Positions 34,720 through 43,311 of a DNA stretch of 64,000 nt are shown here, one piece after another. The DNA comes from an uncultured Solirubrobacterales bacterium (lineage in GTDB: Bacteria; Actinomycetota; Thermoleophilia; Solirubrobacterales; 70-9). How positions within the stretch are numbered: position 1 is the first letter of the stretch; each line of letters starts with the position of its first letter. The DNA is taken from contig CAVPLH010000009.1 in assembly GCA_963705955.1 (NCBI GenBank), positions 20,893 through 84,892 on the forward strand, written 5' to 3'. The notes beneath the pieces are model-generated. The model did no database searches. It had not been told where the DNA came from and worked only from the letters and a program-made list of their open reading frames with translations. Both the position numbers and the translations under genes were made by a program.

Positions 34720-35514
34720 TCATCCGCCGATCGGCGCCCTCGGGTTGGCGCCCCAGAAGATCAGGGTGCCCATCATCCCGATGATGTGGACCAGCACGAT
34801 ATTGAGGACCATCGACTTCGCGGTCGCGGTCCCGACCCCGACCGGTCCGCCGGAGGCCGTGTAGCCGTAATAGCAGCCGACGAGCACGATCGCGGTCGCC
34901 ATGAACATCGCCTTGATGAGGCTGAATAAGAGGTCGGGCGGGTTCTGAAACATCCAGAAGATCAGGAAGTAGCCGCCCGAGGAGACCTCGCCGATCTGCT
35001 CGACCACGGCCAGATAGGAGGCCAGATAGCCGACTCCGATCGCCGCCAGGTACATGAACGGCAGCGTCATCCAGGCGCCGAGCAGCCGCGTCCCGCAGAG
35101 GAAGATCATCGGGTTGACGCCCATCACCTCGAGCGCGTCGATCTCGTCGGAGATCCGCATCGCGCCGAGCTCGGCGACGATCCCGGTCCCGACCTTGGCG
35201 GCCATCATGTAGCCGAACGCGTACGGGATCACCTCACGCAGGTCACACCAGGCGGCAAAGACGCCTGCGTAGGCGGGCGAGCCGACGGAGCGGTTGAAGT
35301 AGGCGCCCTCGATCCCGCATTGCAGGCCCAAGATGAAGACGAGCCCCCAGATGACGATCGTCGAGCCCAAGATCAGGATCCCCGCCTGGCGCAGCGCCTC
35401 GCCGAAGAAGCGCATCACCCGGCCCGTGTAGACGATCCCGAGCACCCGGCCGCAAAAGCGCCCGATGTCGCCGAGCGAGCTGAGCCAGTCTCTTGGGACT
35501 GCGAGCCAGCCCAT
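34720..35514 (-). CDS. MlaE/YrbE-family ABC permease (second copy)
   Basis: In-frame ATG at 35514. ...AKVGTGIVAELGAMRISDEIDALEVMGVNP... is the MlaE signature region. Confidence 0.88.
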   Translation of the reverse strand: MGWLAVPRDWLSSLGDIGRFCGRVLGIVYTGRVMRFFGEALRQAGILILGSTIVIWGLVFILGLQCGIEGAYFNRSVGSPAYAGVFAAWCDLREVIPYAFGYMMAAKVGTGIVAELGAMRISDEIDALEVMGVNPMIFLCGTRLLGAWMTLPFMYLAAIGVGYLASYLAVVEQIGEVSSGGYFLIFWMFQNPPDLLFSLIKAMFMATAIVLVGCYYGYTASGGPVGVGTATAKSMVLNIVLVHIIGMMGTLIFWGANPRAPIGG

Positions 35515-35631
35515 CAGGCGCGCCCGGTCGGGTCGGCGGCCGACGGCGCGCCGGAAGCTGGCAGCTGGCAGCTGGCAGGCTGGCCGAAGCACACCGTGCC
35601 AGCTGCCAGCTGCCAGCTGCCAGCGCTCCGC
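35515..35631 (-). repeat. intercistronic (GCAGCTG)n inverted-repeat element, copy B
   Basis: Plus-strand GCTGGCAGCTGGCAGCTGGCA (35557-77) and its perfect complement within TGCCAGC x4 (35597-624), separated by a 19-nt loop. Flanked by a GGCGCGCC...GGCGCGCC palindrome pair (35548-..35515 side). Confidence 0.85.
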
Positions 35632-36438
35632 TCACTTGATCACCGAGATCTCTGGATGGGTCGCCAAGAGCGTCTGCGTGAAGACGTAGTTGAACGCAAA
35701 GACGCCCAGGAAGGCGATCACGACCGCTTCGTTTACCGCCCGCCCCACCCCCTCGGCGCCTCCGGACGCATTCATCCCCTTATAGGAGCAGACGATCGCG
35801 ATGATCGCCCCGAACAGGGTCGTCTTTAAGATCGACCCCCAGAGGTCGGTGACCGAGGCGTTGTTGAACAGGGTCGCGAAGAAGCCGCCGAGCGGCTGGC
35901 CGTAGGCGATCTCGGCGAACAGCCCGCCGGCGATCCCGAACAGGAGCGCGTAGATGTCGAGCAGCCCGGTGATCAGCATCAGGCTGAGAAAGCGCGGCAC
36001 GACGAGGTTCTTGATCGGGTCGACGCCGAGCACCTGCAGCGCGTCGAGCTCCTCGCGGATCTTCCGCGCCCCGAGGTCGGCGGTGATCGCTGTCCCGGCG
36101 ACCCCGGCGACCACGACCGCGGTCACGAACGGCGCGAACTCGCGCACCGAGGCGAGGATGAAGAAGCCCCCGAGCCGGTCCAGGGCGCCGAACAGGCTGA
36201 GGAAGTTGGCCGCCTGCAGGCCCGGGGCGCCGAACCCGAAAGCGACGGTCGAGATCAGCATCGGAAACCAGCAGAGCTGCAGCGCGAAGAGGAACTGACT
36301 GACGAACTCGCCGCCGTAGGGGTAGGGGGGCCGGACGGTCGCGGTGATCGTCTTGCCGGTCAGGATCATCATGTTCCCGACCTGCTCGAACAGCGATTTT
36401 GCGGGAAGGAATGCCCTGTCAGCGACTGATCTGACCAT
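35632..36438 (-). CDS. MlaE/YrbE-family ABC permease (first copy)
   Basis: ATG at 36438 preceded by GGAGGAG. ...VAGTAITADLGARKIREELDALQVLGVDP... The tracked ORF continues upstream to 37161, but that part is shadow. Confidence 0.88.
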   Translation of the reverse strand: MVRSVADRAFLPAKSLFEQVGNMMILTGKTITATVRPPYPYGGEFVSQFLFALQLCWFPMLISTVAFGFGAPGLQAANFLSLFGALDRLGGFFILASVREFAPFVTAVVVAGVAGTAITADLGARKIREELDALQVLGVDPIKNLVVPRFLSLMLITGLLDIYALLFGIAGGLFAEIAYGQPLGGFFATLFNNASVTDLWGSILKTTLFGAIIAIVCSYKGMNASGGAEGVGRAVNEAVVIAFLGVFAFNYVFTQTLLATHPEISVIK

Positions 36439-36546
36439 CTGCTCCTCCGGTCGCCGACACCACCCGGCAGCCAGTCGGACAAGATTATTCGATGGACAGC
36501 ACCGCCGCCACCCCCAACCGTCAGGCGGACCGCGGGTCGAGCCGCG

Positions 36547-37311
36547 TTGACCGCCGATCGGGCCGGACTGGGCTGGCGAGACCCCGCGCGGTGGTATGTT
36601 CCGGCCGCCTTGGGGGAGGAGATCGCCACAAGGGTCCGCCCACAGCGCACGCTCCGAGGTGCACGGACGCTCTTCGCGCTCGCCGCGGCCGCCGTCCTCG
36701 CCTCGGGTGTCGCGGCGTGCGGGAGCAGCGGGACCCGCCAGGACGCCGACGAGCCGAGCGCTAATTTCCCCGTCGACGTCGTCAGCGCGGAGTTCCCGAA
36801 GGAACAGCGGCTCGCGCAGACGAGCGACCTGCGACTCGAGGTCAAGAACTCCGGCAACGAGCAGGTCCCCAACCTCGCGGTGACGATCTGGACCGGCGAC
36901 GAGAAGGCCGGCGGGTCGTTCCAGGTGCGCTCCGACCAACCGGGGCTCGCCGATCCCAACCGCCCGGTGTGGGTGCTGGAGAACGGCTACCCGAAGCTGC
37001 TCACGGCGGGCGTCGATCAGCGCACCCTCGATCAAGCTCCGACCGCGGGGGCCGACGTCGCGCAGACCGACACGTTCGCGTTCGGGCCGGTCGCGCCCGG
37101 CGACAGCAAGGACATCGTCTGGCGCCTGACGCCGGTGGTCGCCGGGACGTACACGATCCACTACGAGCTCGCCGCGGGCCTGACCGGCAAGGCGAAGGCG
37201 GTGACCGGCGACGGGAGCAAGGTCGAGGGCGAGTTCGTGGTCACGATCTCCAGCAAGCCCCCACGCGCCAGCGTCGACGCCAACGGCAAGGTCGTCCTGC
37301 AGGGCAACTGA
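36547..37311 (+). CDS. lipoprotein with beta-sandwich (CARDB-like) appearance, unknown function
   Basis: Lipobox LASGVAACG. Start uncertain (TTG 36547 or TTG 36610). Beta-rich repeats such as LRLEVKNSGNEQVPNLAVTIW and WRLTPVVAGTYTIHYEL. Confidence 0.65.
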   Translation: MTADRAGLGWRDPARWYVPAALGEEIATRVRPQRTLRGARTLFALAAAAVLASGVAACGSSGTRQDADEPSANFPVDVVSAEFPKEQRLAQTSDLRLEVKNSGNEQVPNLAVTIWTGDEKAGGSFQVRSDQPGLADPNRPVWVLENGYPKLLTAGVDQRTLDQAPTAGADVAQTDTFAFGPVAPGDSKDIVWRLTPVVAGTYTIHYELAAGLTGKAKAVTGDGSKVEGEFVVTISSKPPRASVDANGKVVLQGN

Positions 37312-37336
37312 CCCGCTCCGCTACCGTGCCTCGACG

Positions 37337-38590
37337 GTGCGAACGCGGAGGTGCAAGGCAACGGCACTGGCCGGATCGATCGCCGTCCTCGCAGTCGTCG
37401 CGCCGGGATGCGGAGGTTCCGGTGCGGCGCCGTCGACGTCCGCGAACGCGACTACGACGACCTCAACCGGCGAGGCGACGACGACTCGACCCACCGGCGG
37501 CCCCGGGCCGCAGGTGGGCGACGGGAACGGTGGCGTCGCGCTGCAGAAGATCGGTGACTTCGAGCAGCCGGTCTATGTCACCGGATCGCCTTTCGACGAT
37601 GCCGTCTACGTGGTCGAGCAGTGCGGGCGGGTCATCCGGGTTCCGCCGGGCGGCGGACAGCCGCGCGTATTTCTCGAGATCAGCGATCAGGTCACCTGCG
37701 GCGGCGAGCAGGGCCTGCTCTCGGTCGCCTTCGACCCGATCGACGAGACGCTGCTCTACGTCTACTTCACCGACACCGACGCCAACCAGCGGATCGTCGA
37801 ATACCGCCGCTCGTCGGCGGACCCGACCGTCGCCGACCCGGCGAGCGCCCGCGAGGTGCTCGAGATGGACGACGAGGCGCCGAACCACAACGGAGGCCTG
37901 TTGCTGTTCGGGCCCGATCGCGACCTCTACGTCGGCACCGGCGACGGCGGCGGCGAGGGCGACCCGGAGCGAAGCGCCCAGGATCTCTCGTCGCCGTTGG
38001 GCAAGATCCTGCGGATCGATCCCCACGACGCCGGCTCCGAGCCGTACACGATCCCGGGCGGAAATCCGTATGCCGGCGACCCCGGTGCCCGACCCGAGGT
38101 GCTGATCCGCGGGCTTCGCAACCCGTGGCGCTTCTCGTTCGACCAGACGACCGGAGACCTGTGGATCGGCGACGTCGGCCAGAGCACGTTCGAGGAGATC
38201 GACGCCGCGCCCGCGTCCCAGGTCGATTCGGGGCTCAACTACGGCTGGTCGGCGTTCGAGGGCACGGACCGCTTCAACTCGGACCAGTCGGCGCCCGGTG
38301 CGCGGCCGCCGGTGCTCGAGTACAGCCATGACCACGGTTGCTCTGTGACCGGCGGCTACGTCGTCCGCGACCGCGACCTGCCGACGCTCTACGGGCGCTA
38401 TCTGTACGGCGACTACTGTGCGGGCCAGTTGCGCAGCTTCAGCGCCGACCCCCAGCGGATGGCGAGCGACGACCGCGCTCTCGGGCCGCGGGTCGCCGCC
38501 TTGAGCTCGTTCGGGATCGCGCGCGGGCAGATCTACGTGACCTCGAGCCAGGGACCGGTCTACCGGCTCGTCCCGGAGCCCGGCGGTTGA
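37337..38590 (+). CDS. PQQ-dependent sugar dehydrogenase (soluble GSDH/sorbosone dehydrogenase family), lipoprotein
   Basis: Lipobox VAPGCG. Motifs: GLLSVAFDP, NHNGG, GDGG, LGKILRIDP, GLRNPWRFSFD, GDVGQ, YGWS. Confidence 0.85.
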   Translation: MRTRRCKATALAGSIAVLAVVAPGCGGSGAAPSTSANATTTTSTGEATTTRPTGGPGPQVGDGNGGVALQKIGDFEQPVYVTGSPFDDAVYVVEQCGRVIRVPPGGGQPRVFLEISDQVTCGGEQGLLSVAFDPIDETLLYVYFTDTDANQRIVEYRRSSADPTVADPASAREVLEMDDEAPNHNGGLLLFGPDRDLYVGTGDGGGEGDPERSAQDLSSPLGKILRIDPHDAGSEPYTIPGGNPYAGDPGARPEVLIRGLRNPWRFSFDQTTGDLWIGDVGQSTFEEIDAAPASQVDSGLNYGWSAFEGTDRFNSDQSAPGARPPVLEYSHDHGCSVTGGYVVRDRDLPTLYGRYLYGDYCAGQLRSFSADPQRMASDDRALGPRVAALSSFGIARGQIYVTSSQGPVYRLVPEPGG

Positions 38591-39855
38591 ACGCTCGAGC
38601 GCGCCAGGTCCTCGTCGCCCTGGTCCTCGCGGCGCTCGGGCCGCTTGGCGGTCCTGGCGCGGATGCCGGCGCCGCCGCGGGGCACCCGCGATCGGCAAGC
38701 GCCCTCGAGCTGCGTCAGATCGGGCGCTTCGAGCAGCCGACCTACGTCACCCAGGCACCGGGCGAGCCGCACACCGTGTACGTCGTCGAACAGCCGGGGC
38801 TGGTTGTCGCCGTGCGCAAGGGCCGCGCCCTGAGCCGCCCCTTCCTCGACATCACCGAGCGGGTCCACTTCGGGTCCCGCGAGACCCCGTCGGTCGAGGC
38901 GGGGCTGTACTCGATCGCCTTCGACCCGGCTTATCAGCGAAACCGGAGCTTCTACGTCTTCTACACCGGCCCGGGCGGCAACAACTACATCGACCGCTAT
39001 CGGCGAGCCGGCGGCAGGGCGGTGGTCGCCGACCCGCGATCACGGCGCTCGCTGCTCGAGATCAAGCACCCGTACGCCGACTCGCACAACGGCGGTCAGC
39101 TTCAGATCGGCCCCGACGGCATGCTTTGGGCGACCACCGGCGACGGGGGGTGCTGCGACGACGCTTACGATCAGGCGCGCAGCCTCGGCACCCTGCTCGG
39201 CAAGCTGCTGCGGATCGACCCGACCCCACCGCCGGGCTCCCGCCTCGCTCCGCCGGGGAATCCGCTGGTCGGCGTTCCGGGGCTCGACCCGATCTACGCC
39301 TGGGGGCTGCGAAACACCTGGCGCTTCTCCTTCGACCGCCTCACCGGCGCGCTGGCGCTCGCCGACGTCGGCGACAACGCGATGGCGCGCGAGGAGGTCG
39401 ACTTCCTGACCCCGGGCGCCGCGGACGGGGCGAACTTCGGCTGGCCCGAGTACCAGGGCTTTCACCTCAACGACCCGAGCCGACCCGGCGTCGGCCGGCC
39501 GGTATGGCCGGTGTTCAGCTACAACCACGCCGGAGGGCGACGCTGCGCGATCACGGGCGGCTACGTCGTTCGCGACCCGGCCCTGCCGCAGCTCTACGGG
39601 CGCTATCTGTGGACCGACTACTGCGGAGGCCGCATCCACAGCTTCACGCCGCCGACCCCCACGGTGACGGGCCTCGCGCCCGACGGCCGCGCCGCCGACG
39701 ATCGCGACGAAGGGCTCTACCTTCGGTACCCGACCTCGTTCGGCGAGGGCCTCTCCGGACAGATCTACGTCGTCTCGGGCGCCGGGCCCGTGTACCGGAT
39801 CGAGTCGAAGCGCCGGGCCGGCCGGGCACGAACGCGGGACGGGGCCGCCGAGTAG
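38587..39855 (+). CDS. PQQ-dependent sugar dehydrogenase paralog
   Basis: Same motif set: GLYSIAFDP, SHNGG, GDGG, LGKLLRIDP, GLRNTWRFSFD, FGWP. A putative TTG start at 38587 overlaps the upstream stop (TTGA). Start uncertain. Confidence 0.8.
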   Translation: MNARARQVLVALVLAALGPLGGPGADAGAAAGHPRSASALELRQIGRFEQPTYVTQAPGEPHTVYVVEQPGLVVAVRKGRALSRPFLDITERVHFGSRETPSVEAGLYSIAFDPAYQRNRSFYVFYTGPGGNNYIDRYRRAGGRAVVADPRSRRSLLEIKHPYADSHNGGQLQIGPDGMLWATTGDGGCCDDAYDQARSLGTLLGKLLRIDPTPPPGSRLAPPGNPLVGVPGLDPIYAWGLRNTWRFSFDRLTGALALADVGDNAMAREEVDFLTPGAADGANFGWPEYQGFHLNDPSRPGVGRPVWPVFSYNHAGGRRCAITGGYVVRDPALPQLYGRYLWTDYCGGRIHSFTPPTPTVTGLAPDGRAADDRDEGLYLRYPTSFGEGLSGQIYVVSGAGPVYRIESKRRAGRARTRDGAAE

Positions 39856-39900
39856 AGTCAGCAGCCCGCGCAAGCCGCCAACGAGGAGGACACGCAGAGC

Positions 39901-41475
39901 ATGGAGTCCGCGACACGACCCGAGGCCGCAGAAGCCGAAACCGGTTCCGCGAACGGGAGCCCGGCGGCAGCCGAGGTGATCGAGGTTCGCCGTCCCGTCG
40001 ACGGCAGCCTGATCGAGACGCTCCCGATCGACGGCCCGGAGCAGGTCGCCGCGGCGGTCGCCGGCGTGCGCGCCGCCCAGCCGGCATGGGAGGCGATCGG
40101 CTTCGCCGGCCGCAGGCGGTGGCTCGAGTCGCTGCGCGATTGGATCCTCGCCAATCAGGATCGGATCGACGACCTGATGCAGGAGGAGACCGGCAAGGTA
40201 CGAGCCGATGCGACGCTGGAGGCCTTCTACTGCCTCGACGCGATCAACTTCTGGTGCGAGCAGGGCCCCAGGTTCCTCGCCGACGAGGTGATCACGCCGC
40301 ACATGCCGCTGCTGCGAGCCAAGCGCCACAAGATCGTCTACCGCCCGTACGGCGTCGTCGGGATCATCAGCCCCTGGAACTACCCGGTCATCCTCTCGCT
40401 GGGCGACGCGCTGCCCGCCCTCATGGCGGGTAACGCGGTCGTGATCAAACCCTCCGAGCTGACGCCGTTGACCGTGATCGAGCTGGTCCGCGCCTGGCGC
40501 GAGGAGGTCGGAGCGCCCGACGTGCTGGCGGTCGTCAACGGCACCGGTGAGACCGGCGGAGCGCTTGTCGACGAGTCGGACTACATGCAGTTCACCGGCT
40601 CGGAGAAGACCGGCAAGATCGTCATGAAGCGCGCCGCCGAGACCCTGACCCCGGTCAGCCTCGAGCTCGGCGGCAAGGATCCGTTGATCGTCACCCGCGA
40701 CGCGGACCTCGAGCGGGCCGTGAACGCCACCGCCTGGGGCGGGCTCTTGAACGCGGGGCAGACGTGCATCTCGATCGAGCGCGTCTACGTCGAGGAGCCG
40801 GTCTACGACGAGTTCGTCGACATGCTGCGCGCCAAGGTCGAGACCCTTCGCCAGGGCGCCGACGGCGATACCTACACCGCCGAGCTCGGCGCGATGACCT
40901 CGCCGGCCCAGGTCGAGATCGTCTCCGAGCAGGTCGAGGACGCCCGCGCGGCCGGCGCCCGCGTGCTGACCGGCGGCAAGCGCAAGGAGGGGCCGGGTGA
41001 CTGGTACGAGCCGACCGTGATCGCCGACGTCGACCACTCGATGAAGGTGATGCGCGAGGAGACGTTCGGACCGGTGATCCCGGTGATGAAGGTCAGCGAC
41101 GTCGAGGAGGCGATCGAGCTCGCCAACGACAGCGACTACGGGCTCGGCTCGTCGGTGTTCGCCGGTGACCCCGGGGACGGCGAGCGGATCGCGCGCCGGA
41201 TCGAGGCGGGGCACTGCAACGTCAACGACGTGCTCGTCAACTACAACGTGCTCGGGCTGCCGATGGGCGGCTGGAAGAAGTCCGGGATCGGCGTCCGCCA
41301 CGGAGCCCAGGGGATCCGGCGCTTCTGCCACACCGAGGCACTGACGATCCCGCGGCTCCCGCAGGCGAAGTCGGAGCCGATCTGGTTCCCGTACAGCCCC
41401 CGCAAGCGCGGCGCCGTCCGGCGTCTGTACCGGTTCCTGACCGCGCGCGGGCTGCGCAACCGCCTCCGCGGCTGA
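39901..41475 (+). CDS. NAD(P)-dependent aldehyde dehydrogenase family protein
   Basis: 524-aa ORF with GAGGAGGA RBS. Motifs: SPWNYP, FTGSEKTG, LELGGKDP, catalytic Cys NAGQTCIS, EETFGPV. Confidence 0.92.
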   Translation: MESATRPEAAEAETGSANGSPAAAEVIEVRRPVDGSLIETLPIDGPEQVAAAVAGVRAAQPAWEAIGFAGRRRWLESLRDWILANQDRIDDLMQEETGKVRADATLEAFYCLDAINFWCEQGPRFLADEVITPHMPLLRAKRHKIVYRPYGVVGIISPWNYPVILSLGDALPALMAGNAVVIKPSELTPLTVIELVRAWREEVGAPDVLAVVNGTGETGGALVDESDYMQFTGSEKTGKIVMKRAAETLTPVSLELGGKDPLIVTRDADLERAVNATAWGGLLNAGQTCISIERVYVEEPVYDEFVDMLRAKVETLRQGADGDTYTAELGAMTSPAQVEIVSEQVEDARAAGARVLTGGKRKEGPGDWYEPTVIADVDHSMKVMREETFGPVIPVMKVSDVEEAIELANDSDYGLGSSVFAGDPGDGERIARRIEAGHCNVNDVLVNYNVLGLPMGGWKKSGIGVRHGAQGIRRFCHTEALTIPRLPQAKSEPIWFPYSPRKRGAVRRLYRFLTARGLRNRLRG

Positions 41476-41497
41476 GCGCGAGCCGGCGCGAACCTGG

Positions 41498-42234
41498 CTA
41501 TCCGCGGGCGGGTAGCTGAGCTGCTCGTCCCAGTCGGGGCGTCCCTCCGGCGTCAGGTCGAACAGGTTCCAGACCGGCTCGAGCGTGCCGAGATGGCGGG
41601 GATCCTGTCCGGGGTCGCTCGGGGCGTAGAAGAGCTCGGAGCCCCAGAAGTGGCGAATCACCGCGCCGTCACGGTGAAACACGTTCAGCATCGGCCGCTG
41701 TTCTCCATCGGCCGTCTCGCCGAGGTAGTCACGGTTGTAGGTGTTGGCGGCCGACGACAAGAGCCGCAGGCGTCGCCAGCCGCGCTCCTCGGCAAAGGTG
41801 AGGACGCGGGAGAGCGGGGACTTCGCGACGACCGCGAAGTTGATCTGCTGGCGGGCGTGCTCGGCGGCGCCGTCGAGCTGGTCGAGCAGCGCGACGCATG
41901 ACGGGCAGGGGCTCTGCTCGAGCTCCAGAAGCGCCGTCTGTCCGCTCGCTGCCCCCGGCCGGTGGTCGCCGGGGTCGCGCGGGAACATGAAGTTGTAGAT
42001 CGCGAGCGAGTCCTTGCCGGGCGCGAACAGCTCCGAGAGCCTGACCTCGGTCGGGCTGCCGTCCGCCGCCGCACCCTCGAAGACGTAGTCCTCGGCGACG
42101 ACGCCGCCCGGCGGCAGCTCGCGCCTCGAGGCGGCGACGGCCTCGATCGCGCGACGCAGCTCGATCTCCCGTTCGAGCAGTCGATCGCGCGCCTTGCGGT
42201 ACTCCGTCGACTCTCCCGGGAAGTTGACGCTCAT
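41498..42234 (-). CDS. DUF899 thioredoxin-like family protein; expected stop missing in frame
   Basis: MSVNFPGESTEYRKARDRLLEREIELRR...SPCPSCVALLDQLDG...FYAPSDPGQDPRHLGTLEPVWNLFDLTPEGRPDWDEQLSYP matches DUF899 over ~245 aa. The ORF then reads on with no stop to 39040, antisense to the ALDH gene. An out-of-frame TAG lies at 41498-41500. Confidence 0.7.
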
Positions 42235-42376
42235 CGCTCTCTCCTCTTGTTCGTGGATCCGTGCCCGCCGCGCTCGGGCAGGCAGGCAGCCGGCTTGCGG
42301 CGCCTATCGGTCATGACCGGGCCCGATCGCCAGACTAATCGCGGGAGATCGCCGCAGCCGGTCATAGGCTTCAGGC

Positions 42377-43264
42377 GTGGACCAGCTCGCGGGAATCGGC
42401 GCCGCCGCCACGCGACAGCCGCGCGACGATCGCGTTCTGCCGGCGACGCGCTGGGGCGCGCTGGTCATCTTCGCGATCCTCGTTCCCGCGGTGATCGTGC
42501 TCTGGGGAGCGCCGGGTCATACTGCGGAGGCCTGGTCGTGGACGGTCGCGCCGGACCTGACGCCGATCTTCCTCGGCTCCGGCTACGCAGCGGGGGCGTA
42601 CTTCTTCTGGCGCACGTTTCGCGCCGAGCGCTGGCACCCGTCCTCGGCCGGAGTCTTCTCGGCCGCGGTCTTCGCCGGCGTGATGCTGATCGCGACGCTG
42701 ATCTCGTGGGAGAAGTTCAACCACGGCGACGCTCCGCTGCTCGCGGGGGTCGCCTTCTACGGGTGGGTCGTCGTCTACATCGCCTCACCGTTCGCGGTCA
42801 TCTGGCTGTGGCTCCGCAACCAGAGAACCGATCCCCGTCGACCCGAGCCCTCGGATGCGATCGTCCCCGCCGCCGTCCGGCGGGGTGCGCAGCTGTTCGC
42901 CGCCGCGGCACTGGTCGCGGCGACGCTGTTCTTCGTCTCCCCTTCGACCGCGATCGACGTCTGGCCTTGGACCCTGACGCCGCTGACCGCGAGGGTGCTC
43001 GCGAGCTTCACGGCGCAGGTCGGCTTCGGAGCGCTGCTCGTCTCGCTCGATCCGCGCTGGAGCGGCTGGCGGCTGCTCGTCCAGACGTTCTTCGTCGCGA
43101 CCGCCTTCCTGCTCGTCGGGGCGCTTCGCGCCTTCGGGGATTTCGATCAGGGCAACCCGCTGACCTGGCTGTACCTCGCCGGACTGCTGGTCGCCGACCT
43201 CGGGCTCTTCCTCCTCTACCGGTCGATGGAGGCACAGACGGCGAGCCGCGGTGGTCGAGCATGA
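42377..43264 (+). CDS. integral membrane protein (about 8 TM), unknown function
   Basis: 295-aa ORF with GTG start. Hydrophobic throughout, Trp-rich loops. Confidence 0.7.
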   Translation: MDQLAGIGAAATRQPRDDRVLPATRWGALVIFAILVPAVIVLWGAPGHTAEAWSWTVAPDLTPIFLGSGYAAGAYFFWRTFRAERWHPSSAGVFSAAVFAGVMLIATLISWEKFNHGDAPLLAGVAFYGWVVVYIASPFAVIWLWLRNQRTDPRRPEPSDAIVPAAVRRGAQLFAAAALVAATLFFVSPSTAIDVWPWTLTPLTARVLASFTAQVGFGALLVSLDPRWSGWRLLVQTFFVATAFLLVGALRAFGDFDQGNPLTWLYLAGLLVADLGLFLLYRSMEAQTASRGGRA

Positions 43265-43311
43265 GCTCCTGACGACCTGAGCGAGGTCGCGCACCCGGCC
43301 CAGGTCCCCGG

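Noticed and set aside
36439-37161. Upstream 240 codons of the tracked ORF 35632..37161
   Set aside because: YrbE homology and a strong RBS begin at ATG 36438. The upstream part is antisense to the lipoprotein gene and Arg/Gly-rich.
39040-41497. Remaining ~820 codons of the 1064-aa minus-strand ORF 39040..42234
   Set aside because: Only the first ~245 codons resemble a real family (DUF899). The rest is Arg/Gly/Asp-rich and exactly antisense to a well-supported ALDH and PQQ-dehydrogenase gene. It is a GC-driven shadow ORF opened by a missing stop.
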